Of a stretch of 64,000 nucleotides of DNA, positions 28,839 through 38,462 are shown in pieces. The stretch lies in assembly GCA_009392915.1 (NCBI GenBank), contig CP045477.1, forward strand, positions 1 to 64,000. The letters are read 5' to 3'. The notes beneath the pieces are model-generated. The model was not told where the DNA came from. It was given only the letters and a program-made list of their open reading frames with translations, and did not search any database. Each line of letters begins with the position of its first letter. The stretch's first letter is position 1. The position numbers were made by a program, and so were the translations under genes. The DNA is from Candidatus Forterrea multitransposorum CG_2015-17_Forterrea_25_41. GTDB taxonomy: Archaea; Iainarchaeota; Iainarchaeia; Iainarchaeales; CSSED10-239.

Positions 28839-30104
28839 ATGGATAAAGCTTTTTTAAGAAACGTTGTTTCTGACCAGTATGAAGATTTAAAAGATGTTTC
28901 AAAAACAATACAAAGATATGATTCAAAAGAAATAGCGCGCTTTGTAAATAATCCTGCTATATCTATAATTTCAGGAGTAAGGCGTTGTGGTAAGTCCACT
29001 TTTTTAGAGCAGATAATAAATTTATATTATAAAAATAACTTTTATTATTTTGATTTTTCTGATGAAAGAATTGCAAAATTTGAAACTGCTGACTTTCAAA
29101 CATTATATGAGGTGTTTTTAGAAAAATTTGGAAAAAGACAGGCTTTTTTCTTTGATGAAATACAAGGAGTTCCAGAATGGAATAAATTTGTTAATAGAAT
29201 GAAAAAGATTGGGCATAAATGTTTTGTAACCGGTTCAAATTCAAATTTGTTAAGTCAAGAAATATCTACTTATCTAACAGGAAGACATATTGATAAAATC
29301 TTATTCCCTTTTTCCTTTAAAGAATATTTAACGTATAAAAATATTAATGTAGATTTAGATTCTACAAAATCAAGAACCTTAATTATTAAAGAGTTTAAAA
29401 ATTACTTTAAAATAGGTGGTTTTCCAGAGGTTGTTTTAACAAACGATACTTCAATTTTATTAAATATTTATTCTGACATAATTTCTAAAGATATAATTGA
29501 AAGATTTAGGATTAATGATGTTTCTTTATTTAAAGAATTTTGTAATTATGTAATTTCTTTATCTACGAATGAATTTACTTTTAAATCATTAAAAGATAAT
29601 TTTAATATTCAGAATATTACTACTGTTTCAAACTATCTTGATTATCTTAAATTAACTTACCTTGTTTATGAAGTTAAAAGATTTTCTTCTTCATTACAAA
29701 AATTAAATAAATATCCAAAAAAATATTATTGTATAGATAATGGTTTATTAAATAAAGTGGGTTTTGGATATTCAATAGAGGAAACTAGATTTTTAGAAAA
29801 TCAAGTTTTTATTGAACTTTGGAGAAATAATCCGCAATCTGAAATTTATTATTATAGAGATAAGGATAATAAAGAATGTGATTTTTTATTGTTAAATGAT
29901 AGAAAAGTAGTTAAGGCTATTCAAGTGTGTTTTGCTTTTAAAAAGATAGATACTAGAAAAAGAGAAATAGAAGGTTTACTATCTGCTTTAAAAGAGTTTA
30001 ATCTAAATTATGGCGAAATTATTACTTTTGAGCATAAAGAAAAATTAAAGATAGATGGAAAAGTAATAGAGATGATTCCTGTATATGAGTGGTTATTAAA
30101 ATAA
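28839..30104 (+). CDS. DUF4143/COG1373-family AAA ATPase
   Basis: Walker A GVRRCGKST, Walker B FFFDEIQ, and a C-terminal DUF4143-like region. 421 aa. Confidence 0.65.
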   Translation: MDKAFLRNVVSDQYEDLKDVSKTIQRYDSKEIARFVNNPAISIISGVRRCGKSTFLEQIINLYYKNNFYYFDFSDERIAKFETADFQTLYEVFLEKFGKRQAFFFDEIQGVPEWNKFVNRMKKIGHKCFVTGSNSNLLSQEISTYLTGRHIDKILFPFSFKEYLTYKNINVDLDSTKSRTLIIKEFKNYFKIGGFPEVVLTNDTSILLNIYSDIISKDIIERFRINDVSLFKEFCNYVISLSTNEFTFKSLKDNFNIQNITTVSNYLDYLKLTYLVYEVKRFSSSLQKLNKYPKKYYCIDNGLLNKVGFGYSIEETRFLENQVFIELWRNNPQSEIYYYRDKDNKECDFLLLNDRKVVKAIQVCFAFKKIDTRKREIEGLLSALKEFNLNYGEIITFEHKEKLKIDGKVIEMIPVYEWLLK

Positions 30105-30137
30105 TTTTTTTTAATTTTAAAAAAGGCTTTACCTTTA

Positions 30138-30236
30138 AAATTTCTAAACTTAACTATAATTTTTCTCTTTTTTCTTTTTTAGGTTATGCAAAGCATGCAA
30201 ACTCTTATAATCTCTTAAGTACTTTAAATATTAATG
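30138..30236 (+). repeat. 99-bp direct repeat, copy 2 (intergenic)
   Basis: Near-identical copy of the RT 3' end, downstream of the ATPase gene. Confidence 0.8.
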
Positions 30237-30336
30237 GTTTTATAGTGTAGATTCTCTTTGCATTAAAAATATTGTTTTTGAAAAAAACAAAGCTTTAAAT
30301 TTTGTTTATTTATATAATATATTAGGTGAAAGCAAT

Positions 30337-30549
30337 ATGAAATATAGAGTTTTAATAGAACAAGACGAAGATGGTATCTTTGTTGCTGAATGCCCTAGTC
30401 TTCCAGGTGCAATTTCTCAAGGAAAAACAAGAGAAGAAGCAATAATAAATATTAAAGAAGCCATAAAAGGTTATCTTGAAAGTTTAAAGATAGCTAATGA
30501 ACCAATTCCTTCTCCAATATCTGAAGAAATAATTGATATTTATGGATAA
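30337..30549 (+). CDS. hicB: HicB-like antitoxin (UPF0150)
   Basis: MKYRVLIEQDEDGIFVAECPSLPGAISQGKTREEA is typical of HicB. It overlaps the downstream hicA. Confidence 0.6.
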   Translation: MKYRVLIEQDEDGIFVAECPSLPGAISQGKTREEAIINIKEAIKGYLESLKIANEPIPSPISEEIIDIYG

Positions 30550-30766
30550 ACTGCCTATTATATCTGGTCAAGATTTAATCAAATTACTTCTAAAATTAGA
30601 TTATCAAGTTCATCATCAAACTGGATCACATATTATCTTAAGACAAAATAAAGAACCTTTTAGAAGATTAACAATTCCAAACCATAAAGAAATTTCAATA
30701 GGGACTTTAAGAGCAATTATAAGGCAAGTTGGAATAACAAGAGAAGAATTTGTTAAATTATTCTAA
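30533..30766 (+). CDS. hicA: HicA-like mRNA interferase toxin
   Basis: YcfA/HicA fold signature with conserved His (QTGSHIILRQ). 77 aa. Confidence 0.6.
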   Translation: MIFMDKLPIISGQDLIKLLLKLDYQVHHQTGSHIILRQNKEPFRRLTIPNHKEISIGTLRAIIRQVGITREEFVKLF

Positions 30767-31041
30767 ATTAAATTGTTCTTTTAATTATTATTTTTAATTT
30801 TTTTAAAGTAAAATAAATAATTTTTAACCTAATTTAAATGTTTTTAAGTAATTTATAATATTTTTTTAATTTACTACATAAAAACAAATCTTTTTAAGCA
30901 ATTCGGTCTATAATTATATTATATAAAAAATCTACTTTTATAAATATCCTATTTTTTGCGGCTGTTTTAATTATTAAAAACAGTAGTAGATAGGTTATTG
31001 ATTTTTAGTTTCTATGATTAGAAGACAAGAGGTTAATTAAC

Positions 31042-31719
31042 ATGATAAAAACAAAAGATATTATTGAAATTGATCTAATTTTAAAAGATGTAAATACTAA
31101 TGAAATTTTAGATACTACAAAAAAAGAAATTGCGAAAGAAAATAATTTAAATTTAAAAAATGAATATAAACCTTTAAATTATGTTTTTGGTACTGGAGAA
31201 CTTTTAAAAGGTATTGAAGATAATATTTCTGATTTAGAAGTTTCTAAAACAAAAACATTTGTTTTAAAAAAAGAACAAGCTTTCAAAGATAAAGACCCTA
31301 AAAAAATAGAATTAGTTTCTTTAAATGAATTTAAAAAAGAAAATGTAAGACCAGAAGTTGGTTTATTTGTAAATATTGGAAATAGATCTGGAAAAATAAT
31401 TTCTGTTTCTGGTGGAAGAGTTAAAGTTGATTTTAATCCTATTTATGCAGGAAGAGATTTAGAATATACTGTAACAATAAATAAAGTTATTTCTAAAGAT
31501 TCTGATAAACTTCCTTTACTTTTAGAAAAGGCATTTTATTTTATGCCAAAAGAACAAATTAATTTAATTTCTAAAGAAGATGAAATTGAAGTTGAAATGC
31601 CTTTAGGTGTTCCTCAAGAAATTGATTATTTTAAACAATTTTTTGCAAAACTAGTTTTTGATTCAACTAATTATGAAAATGTTAAGTTTGTTCAAAAATT
31701 AACTAAGAAAAAAGGGTGA
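31042..31719 (+). CDS. FKBP-type peptidyl-prolyl cis-trans isomerase (long archaeal type)
   Basis: FKBP core (YVFGTGELLKGIEDNI ... NPIYAGRDLEYTVTI) with an IF-domain insertion. Confidence 0.6.
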   Translation: MIKTKDIIEIDLILKDVNTNEILDTTKKEIAKENNLNLKNEYKPLNYVFGTGELLKGIEDNISDLEVSKTKTFVLKKEQAFKDKDPKKIELVSLNEFKKENVRPEVGLFVNIGNRSGKIISVSGGRVKVDFNPIYAGRDLEYTVTINKVISKDSDKLPLLLEKAFYFMPKEQINLISKEDEIEVEMPLGVPQEIDYFKQFFAKLVFDSTNYENVKFVQKLTKKKG

Positions 31720-31725
31720 ATTATT

Positions 31726-32331
31726 TTGAATGATAAAACATTAAAAACAGGTACAACAACAGTTGGAATTGTTGCAAAAGATGGTATTGTTTTAGCAGCT
31801 GATATGCAAGCTACAATGGGTAATTTAGCAGTTAATAATAATACTACTAAAATATACAAAATTAATGATTCTATTGCAATGACAATTGCAGGTTCTGTAG
31901 GGGATGCTATGGTTTTAATTAGATATCTTCAAAATCATGCAAATCTTTATGAACTTGAACATAAGAGGGCTTTAAGTACAAAATCATGTGTAACTCTTTT
32001 GTCAAATATTTTAAATTCTAGTAAAATGCTTCCGTTCTATTCTCAATTAATTCTTGCAGGAGCAGATCAAGAACTTTATTCTCTAGATATGCTTGGAGGA
32101 TTTTCAAAAGAAGATAATTTTTCATTTTCAGGTTCAGGTTCAGAACTTGCTTTAAGTGCACTTGATAAAGGTTATAAATCTAATATTTCTATTAAGGATA
32201 CTATTGAACTTGCAAAAGAAGCTATTACTTCTGCTAAGAAAAGAGATGTTTTTACTGGCGGAGATGGAATAAAAGTTGTAATTATTAAAAAAGATGGTAT
32301 TGAAGAACTACCTATTGAAAAATACAAATAG
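31726..32331 (+). CDS. psmB: Proteasome beta subunit
   Basis: The TTTVGIVAKDGIVLAAD propeptide/Thr1 region is typical of archaeal PsmB. Confidence 0.8.
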   Translation: MNDKTLKTGTTTVGIVAKDGIVLAADMQATMGNLAVNNNTTKIYKINDSIAMTIAGSVGDAMVLIRYLQNHANLYELEHKRALSTKSCVTLLSNILNSSKMLPFYSQLILAGADQELYSLDMLGGFSKEDNFSFSGSGSELALSALDKGYKSNISIKDTIELAKEAITSAKKRDVFTGGDGIKVVIIKKDGIEELPIEKYK

Positions 32332-32483
32332 TTCTTTTTTTATTTTTTTTTAAAAATTACTTTTAAATTTTTTATACTTTATAATCTTTATATTTATTTT
32401 AAATAAATTATAAAGAAAATTAATCTAAATTATACAATTAAATATATGATATTTATACTTTTTTAAAAATAATGTGAACAAAT

Positions 32484-34376
32484 ATGGACTTATTCGATAA
32501 TATTAAAAAACAAATTTCTTCTCTCTTAAATGAGAAAAAAATGTCGTTTTCAAAGATAGAACCTGAAGCTTCAGAGATTGCTATCTATACAAATGACCCT
32601 TATTCTTTTTTCAGTAATAAAACAATTGTTGGTGAAATTGCTGATAAATTTAAAAAAAGAATTAACATTAGAACTGAAAAATCATCTCTTATGGATTCAG
32701 CTGAAGCCTATAATAAAATAAAAGAAATAATTCCAGAAGATGCTGGTATTAAATCAATTGCTTTTGATGGAGTTTTTTCAGAAGTTGTAATTGAAGCAGA
32801 TAAGCCTGGTGTAGTTATTGGAAAACAAGGAGATGTTTCAAAATCAATTATAAAAGAAACAAAATGGATTCCAAAAATATTAAGAGCACCACTTGAACCT
32901 TCTGAAATAATTAAAAAAATAAGAGGGTATGCAATTAAAAATAATACTGAAAGAAGACAATTTCTAAAAGAAGTTGCAAAAAAAATATATTCTCCTCCTG
33001 TTAGTAATAAAGAATGGGTTAGAATGACAGCTCTTGGTGGTTTTAGAGAAGTTGGAAGAAGTGCTATACTTTTAGAAACTCCTGATACAAAAATACTTTT
33101 AGATTGTGGAATTAATCCTGCAGATAAAAATGAAGAAGCACCTTTCTTTGGTGTTATAAGATTTCCTTTAGATGAACTTGATGCTGTAGTAATTACACAC
33201 GCTCACATAGATCACGTAGGATTTTTACCATATCTTTTTAGAGCAGGTTATAGAGGTCCTGTATATTGTACAGAACCTACAAAAGATATTATGGCTCTTT
33301 TACTTTTAGATGCAATTTCAGTTTCTGAAAAAACAGGTAGAGAAGCTCTTTATGGAGAAGAAGATGTTAAGGAAGTTATAAAACACTGTATAACTAAAAA
33401 CTTTAGAGAAGTTACAGATATCGCTCCTGGAATAAGACTTACTTTCCATAATTCAGCACATATTTTAGGTTCTGCTTCTGCACACTTACATATAGGTGAT
33501 GGAAAACATAACTTAGTTTATTCTGCAGATATTAAATATGGTTTTACAAGATTATATAACAATATGGATGCAAATTATCCTAGAGTAGATACTTTAATTT
33601 TAGAAAGTACTTATGGTGGTAAACCATTAAATCCTTCTAGAAATAAATCAGAAGATCGTTTAATAGAAGTTTTAAATGAAACACATGATAAAGGAGGAAT
33701 TACTTTAATTCCTGTTTTTTCTGTAGGTCGTGCTCAAGAAGTTATGATTGTTTTAGAAGAATATTTTAGACGTGGAAAATTAAAAGCAGAAAATGTTTTT
33801 ATAGATGGTATGACAAGAGAAGCTTCTTTAATACATACTGTTTATCCTGAATATTTAAAAATGAATATTAAAACTAGAGTTTTACAAAATAATTCTCCAT
33901 TTTCTTCAAAACTTTTTAGATCAGTTGATTATGAAGAAAATTCTAGAGAAAATGTTTTAAATTCTCCTGGTTCAATTATTATAGCATCATCAGGTATGCT
34001 TACAGGTGGACCTTCAGTTGCATATTTTAATGAACTTGCAGATAACCCTAATAATTCTTTAGTTTTTGTTGGTTATCAAGCAAGAAATAGTTTAGGACAA
34101 AAGGTGCAAAAAGGTTTAAAATCAATGATTATTAATGATTCTAAAGGAAAAACAAAAACATTAAATGTTAATCTTAGAATTGAAACTATTGATGCCTTTT
34201 CAGGTCACGCTTATCGTCAAGAGTTACTAAATTATGTTACAAGTTTAAATCCTAAACCAAAAACAATTTTAGTAAATCACGGTGATTCTTGTCCTGAATT
34301 TGCAAGATTTGTTGCAAAGAAATTCCATATTAATACACTTTCAATTCAAAATTTAGAGAGTGTTAGATTAAGGTAA
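32484..34376 (+). CDS. aCPSF1/FttA (KH – metallo-beta-lactamase – beta-CASP ribonuclease), transcription termination factor
   Basis: N-terminal KH domains, HAHIDHVG MBL motif, and a beta-CASP region. 630 aa. Confidence 0.8.
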   Translation: MDLFDNIKKQISSLLNEKKMSFSKIEPEASEIAIYTNDPYSFFSNKTIVGEIADKFKKRINIRTEKSSLMDSAEAYNKIKEIIPEDAGIKSIAFDGVFSEVVIEADKPGVVIGKQGDVSKSIIKETKWIPKILRAPLEPSEIIKKIRGYAIKNNTERRQFLKEVAKKIYSPPVSNKEWVRMTALGGFREVGRSAILLETPDTKILLDCGINPADKNEEAPFFGVIRFPLDELDAVVITHAHIDHVGFLPYLFRAGYRGPVYCTEPTKDIMALLLLDAISVSEKTGREALYGEEDVKEVIKHCITKNFREVTDIAPGIRLTFHNSAHILGSASAHLHIGDGKHNLVYSADIKYGFTRLYNNMDANYPRVDTLILESTYGGKPLNPSRNKSEDRLIEVLNETHDKGGITLIPVFSVGRAQEVMIVLEEYFRRGKLKAENVFIDGMTREASLIHTVYPEYLKMNIKTRVLQNNSPFSSKLFRSVDYEENSRENVLNSPGSIIIASSGMLTGGPSVAYFNELADNPNNSLVFVGYQARNSLGQKVQKGLKSMIINDSKGKTKTLNVNLRIETIDAFSGHAYRQELLNYVTSLNPKPKTILVNHGDSCPEFARFVAKKFHINTLSIQNLESVRLR

Positions 34377-34382
34377 GGTATT

Positions 34383-34877
34383 ATGTATTTTGTAATAACA
34401 GGTTCTGTTGCAAGCGGTAAAACTACGCTTGCACAAGAAGTTAAAAAAAAATTTCCTTTTCAAAAGTTTTTAGTTGTTAATGATAAAGATTTTTCTAAAG
34501 AAAATAATATTGCTATCTTAAATGAAGAAACAAAAGAATATGAAATAGATACTTCACTTCTTTCAAAAAAATGTTTAGAACTTTTAAAAAAGAAAAAAAA
34601 TATTATTTTTGAAGGACATTTGTTTTGTGAAGTTTCTAAACTTTTTTTAAAAAAAATGGATTTTGTTTTTTTATTATTATCTTCTGAAAAATTATTAAGA
34701 GATAGAATGTCTGAGAGAAATTATTCTGTTTTAAAAATTGAAGAAAATATTCTTTGTCATAAGACAAGTTATTTTCAAGAAAAATTAAATTCTAAAAAAA
34801 TAGATTATATTCCTATAGAGGTTTCAAAAGACCTTAAATTAAATTTAAAAAAAATAAATAAATATTTAAAATTATAA
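34383..34877 (+). CDS. P-loop nucleotide kinase-like protein
   Basis: Walker A ITGSVASGKTT. 164 aa. Confidence 0.4.
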   Translation: MYFVITGSVASGKTTLAQEVKKKFPFQKFLVVNDKDFSKENNIAILNEETKEYEIDTSLLSKKCLELLKKKKNIIFEGHLFCEVSKLFLKKMDFVFLLLSSEKLLRDRMSERNYSVLKIEENILCHKTSYFQEKLNSKKIDYIPIEVSKDLKLNLKKINKYLKL

Positions 34878-34890
34878 AATGTGATAAAAA

Positions 34891-35724
34891 ATGGTTCAAG
34901 CATTAGTTTCTGCAAAAACACAAACTGTTAAAGAAATTAAAAAGAAATCTTCTATTAAAAGAAGAAATAAATTAATTGTTAAATTGATTTTAATAACTAT
35001 TGTTGCAATATTAATTGCATTGATATTAAGCAAAATAGTTGTTGAAACAAGAACTTCTTTTACAAATAATGATATTGACTTTAAATCAGTAAACTTTCAT
35101 ATACATGAAGGTTTTGAAATATTTGGAACTGATAAAAATTATTTATTAGTTTTTAATTACTATTACCAAGATACAAATTATTTATCTTCAGTAATTGATG
35201 GCCTTGTATTTTCTCAATCCATGCTTTCTGCTAAAAATAAAAATACAATTCTTTTAATTTCTGTAATTGATAATGAAAATAATCTTCTTTATTGTCAATC
35301 AAATAATGGAAATGTTTTAGAAAATATTGAACTTACAAGTGAAGAATGTTTATCTCTTTTAGATACTAATCATTCTGTAATTATGGTTAATTATCCTTTT
35401 GGAGATGTTGAAAAATCAGAAGTTGTTTTAAATTTAAATGAAAAATTATTATTAATTAATCCTAAATCAAAAGAATTTGTTTATGACTCTTTATATGTTT
35501 CTTTTAATCAAATGTATAAAGATGCTAAAATGATTGAAGATTCTTTAACAGATATTCAAAATAAATTAAGCACTTCTAAAGAAAAGTCTTTGGTTGATAA
35601 AAATATTATTGATGAAAATATTGTTGATGAAAACTTTTATGATCAAAATATTTTAATTGATGAAAATTTTTCTGATGATAATTCTTTAAACGATGATAAC
35701 TTTTCACAAGATATTAATAATTAA
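34891..35724 (+). CDS. Hypothetical membrane-anchored protein with a D/N-rich C-terminus
   Basis: Single N-terminal transmembrane helix and a low-complexity acidic tail. Confidence 0.3.
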   Translation: MVQALVSAKTQTVKEIKKKSSIKRRNKLIVKLILITIVAILIALILSKIVVETRTSFTNNDIDFKSVNFHIHEGFEIFGTDKNYLLVFNYYYQDTNYLSSVIDGLVFSQSMLSAKNKNTILLISVIDNENNLLYCQSNNGNVLENIELTSEECLSLLDTNHSVIMVNYPFGDVEKSEVVLNLNEKLLLINPKSKEFVYDSLYVSFNQMYKDAKMIEDSLTDIQNKLSTSKEKSLVDKNIIDENIVDENFYDQNILIDENFSDDNSLNDDNFSQDINN

Positions 35725-35786
35725 ATATTTTTTTAAAAATAACTTTATAAAACAATTTATATTGTTTATGTTCTATAATTATAATT

Positions 35787-37157
35787 ATGTCTTCAATAAA
35801 TCTTGATAAATCAAAAGTATCAATTTATAGAGATACTAGAAAGAAATTACTTTCTCAAATCAAACCTAGTACTTCTCAAAATATAAAAGAAAAAAGATTT
35901 ATTGATAATGTTATTAAAAAAATAGAAAAGATGCCAGGACCACATTTATCTGCTGTTTGTGCAGGTTCTTTTGGAAAAGGTACTAATTTAAAAGATACAA
36001 AAGATTTTGATGTTTTTGTAATTTATCCTCCTTCTCTTGAAAAAACAAAATTTATTGAAGAAGGTTTAATGTTAGGTCAAAAAGCTTTTAAAGGATATTT
36101 TTGGGAAAAAGCATATTCTCAACATCCTTATATAAGAGGTGTAATTGACGGACATAAAGTTGAAGTTGTGCCTGCATATAAAATAGAACCTAATGAACCT
36201 ATAATTTCTGCAGTTGATAGAACTGTTTTACATTTAATGTTTGTTTTAAAAAATATGTCTGAAACACAAAAAGATGAAACTAGACTTTTAAAATATTTTT
36301 TAAAACAAATAGGGTCTTATGGTGCAGATACTTCTGTATCTGGATTTTCTGGTTATTTATGTGAACTTTTAATTCTATTTTATGGAGATTTTATAACTGT
36401 TTTAGAGAATGCTTCAAATTGGCAATATCCTATAAAATTTACTTTACTTAAAGAACAACATGTTAACTTAGCAAGATTTTCTGAAAGCTTAGTTGTAATT
36501 GATCCTATTGATGATACTAGAAATGTAGCATCTGCTGTAAGTTTAAAACAATTAAGTTTATTTATAGCTTCTTCAAGAAAATTTTTAGAAAATCCTTCTA
36601 TTGATTTCTTTAATACTAAAGTTATTCCAAAAGTTACATATCATCAATTAATAGGGAAACTTGAAAATTTTTCACTAGTAATTGTAAGTTTTGAAGTAAA
36701 AGATATGTTAAAAGAAATTATTTGGTCTAAAGTTAAAAGTAATACTTCAAAGTTAATTACTCATTTAGAATTTTCTGATTTTGATATTTTAAAATATGAA
36801 GTTTATCATAAAGAAGGTCAAGATAGATGTTATCTTGTATTATTATTAAATACTTTAGAACTTCCTAAATTTAAAAAAATTAATGGACCTTTAGTTTCTG
36901 ATTTTAAAAGTTCTCAAAATTATTTAACTAATAATCGTTCTGTACTTGGTCCATATATTAAAGAAGATAGATGGTATGTTGTAAGAAAAAGAGATAAAAC
37001 TTCTGCAAAGGCAATAATTTTAGATTTCTCACAAGTCTTTAATTTAAAATCTAAGATTTATTCTGGAACAGAGATCAATGATTTATTTTTAGAAGATGAT
37101 GACTTATCTGAATATTTAACTGATTTTTTTATTACTAAAGAGAAATTTTTAATTTAA
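35787..37157 (+). CDS. cca: Archaeal class I CCA-adding enzyme (tRNA nucleotidyltransferase)
   Basis: GSFGKGTNLKDTKDFDVFV nucleotidyltransferase motif and typical ~450-aa length. Confidence 0.75.
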   Translation: MSSINLDKSKVSIYRDTRKKLLSQIKPSTSQNIKEKRFIDNVIKKIEKMPGPHLSAVCAGSFGKGTNLKDTKDFDVFVIYPPSLEKTKFIEEGLMLGQKAFKGYFWEKAYSQHPYIRGVIDGHKVEVVPAYKIEPNEPIISAVDRTVLHLMFVLKNMSETQKDETRLLKYFLKQIGSYGADTSVSGFSGYLCELLILFYGDFITVLENASNWQYPIKFTLLKEQHVNLARFSESLVVIDPIDDTRNVASAVSLKQLSLFIASSRKFLENPSIDFFNTKVIPKVTYHQLIGKLENFSLVIVSFEVKDMLKEIIWSKVKSNTSKLITHLEFSDFDILKYEVYHKEGQDRCYLVLLLNTLELPKFKKINGPLVSDFKSSQNYLTNNRSVLGPYIKEDRWYVVRKRDKTSAKAIILDFSQVFNLKSKIYSGTEINDLFLEDDDLSEYLTDFFITKEKFLI

Positions 37158-37299
37158 TTTTTTTAGTTATATATAAGTTAATTATTTAATATTAATATCT
37201 TATTTTTTCCTTTTTTATCCTAAGTAATTATAATCTGGTATGTTATTTTAGATTAAGGTGTTTTTTTTTGTACACTTATTTAGGGTTAATATATATATA

Positions 37300-37500
37300 T
37301 TACACAAATTATAGTTATATTGGATTTGAGACCTTGGAGACAAGTAGTTTCCTAAAGAATGATTTTCAGGTGAGTTTTTTCATCTAGGAGGTGGTGATAA
37401 AGTAATATGACGATAAACGACTCGAACGATAGTTAGGGAAGCAAACCCAAACCAGGTTTATATGGTAAACTGATGTGATTTGAAGGCTTCCCTATCTTTA
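37300..37500 (+). ncRNA. Candidate structured non-coding RNA (unidentified)
   Basis: A GC-enriched patch inside a 460-bp non-coding gap. It has a long-range helix (gatag..agggaagc / gcttccct..atc) enclosing a local hairpin (gttta-tatgg-taaac), and no ORF. Confidence 0.25.
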
Positions 37501-37617
37501 ACAAATATTTTTTCTATTTCTCTAATTTTATTTAAATTCTATAAGCTTTATATATCTTTTCTATATATATTATATATATAGTACCTTTTTTTTATCAAAG
37601 ACTATATGGTAAAAAAT

Positions 37618-37699
37618 GCAGAGGTGGCGGAGTGGTCAAACGCGCCAGCCTTGAGAGCTGGAGCCTTGCGCTACACGAGTTCGAATCTCGTCCTCTGCG
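37618..37699 (+). tRNA. tRNA-Ser (anticodon TGA), type II with long variable arm
   Basis: Acceptor gcagagg/cctctgc, anticodon stem ccagc/gctgg with loop cttgaga, T-loop ttcgaat. No encoded CCA. Confidence 0.8.
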
Positions 37700-37730
37700 C
37701 TTTATCTTTTAAAATATAGGAATTTTTATT

Positions 37731-38063
37731 ATGATTAAAGAAAACATTTCTTTTCAAGATTTTTTAAAACTTGATATAAGAATTGGAACAATTGTTGAGG
37801 CTGAAGCTGTTGAGGGTTCTGATAAATTAATAAAATTAATAATTGATTTTAAAGATTTTAAAAGACAGATTTTAGCTGGTATTAAAACAAAATATCAACC
37901 AACTGATTTATTAAACAAACAAATTCCTGTTATTGTAAATTTAGAACCTAGAAAAATGATGGGTTTTGAAAGTCAAGGAATGATCTTAGCTGTTGGAGAT
38001 AAAACTTTAGATGCTTTACTTTTACCATCTGAGCCTGTATCGGAAGGCTCGATTGTACACTAA
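37731..38063 (+). CDS. tRNA-binding domain protein (Trbp111/CsaA/EMAP-like)
   Basis: LDIRIGTIVEAEAVEGSDKLIKL OB-fold tRNA-binding signature. 110 aa. Confidence 0.65.
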   Translation: MIKENISFQDFLKLDIRIGTIVEAEAVEGSDKLIKLIIDFKDFKRQILAGIKTKYQPTDLLNKQIPVIVNLEPRKMMGFESQGMILAVGDKTLDALLLPSEPVSEGSIVH

Positions 38064-38084
38064 TTTTTTTTTAAAACTAAAAAT

Positions 38085-38166
38085 GCAGAGGTGGCGGAGT
38101 GGTCAAACGCGCAAGCCTGGAAAGCTTGAGCCTCGTGCTACGCGAGTTCGAATCTCGTCCTCTGCG
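38085..38166 (+). tRNA. tRNA-Ser (anticodon GGA)
   Basis: Same scaffold as the upstream tRNA-Ser; anticodon loop ctggaaa. Confidence 0.8.
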
Positions 38167-38197
38167 CTTTTTTCTTTTTTAATTTAATATTTATTTT

Positions 38198-38286
38198 GCA
38201 GAGATGGCGGAGTGGTCAAACGCACAAGTTTCGAAAACTTGATTAAGGTTTTTTCCTTTACATGAGTTCAAATCTCATTCTCTGCG
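38198..38286 (+). tRNA. tRNA-Ser (anticodon CGA)
   Basis: Acceptor gcagaga/tctctgc, anticodon loop ttcgaaa, long variable arm, T-loop ttcaaat. Confidence 0.75.
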
Positions 38287-38462
38287 TAGCTGGTTTCGGT
38301 CAGCTAGCACCCAATGATTTTGCGTTTGTTAACGCTTATTTAAACTTTCTTTTTAAAAGAAGTGATTTTCCCCCAAAACTTTTTTTCTTTAAAAATTGTG
38401 TTTTAAAAATTTTTAATCTATTTTATATCTATTTAAAATACTTTTGCCTCTCTTTAATATTT

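Noticed and set aside
38262-38462. N-terminal 67-codon extension of the trpS ORF in the six-frame track
   Set aside because: It overlaps the tRNA-Ser(CGA) gene and encodes a low-complexity hydrophobic peptide. The internal ATG at 38463 gives a normal TrpRS N-terminus.
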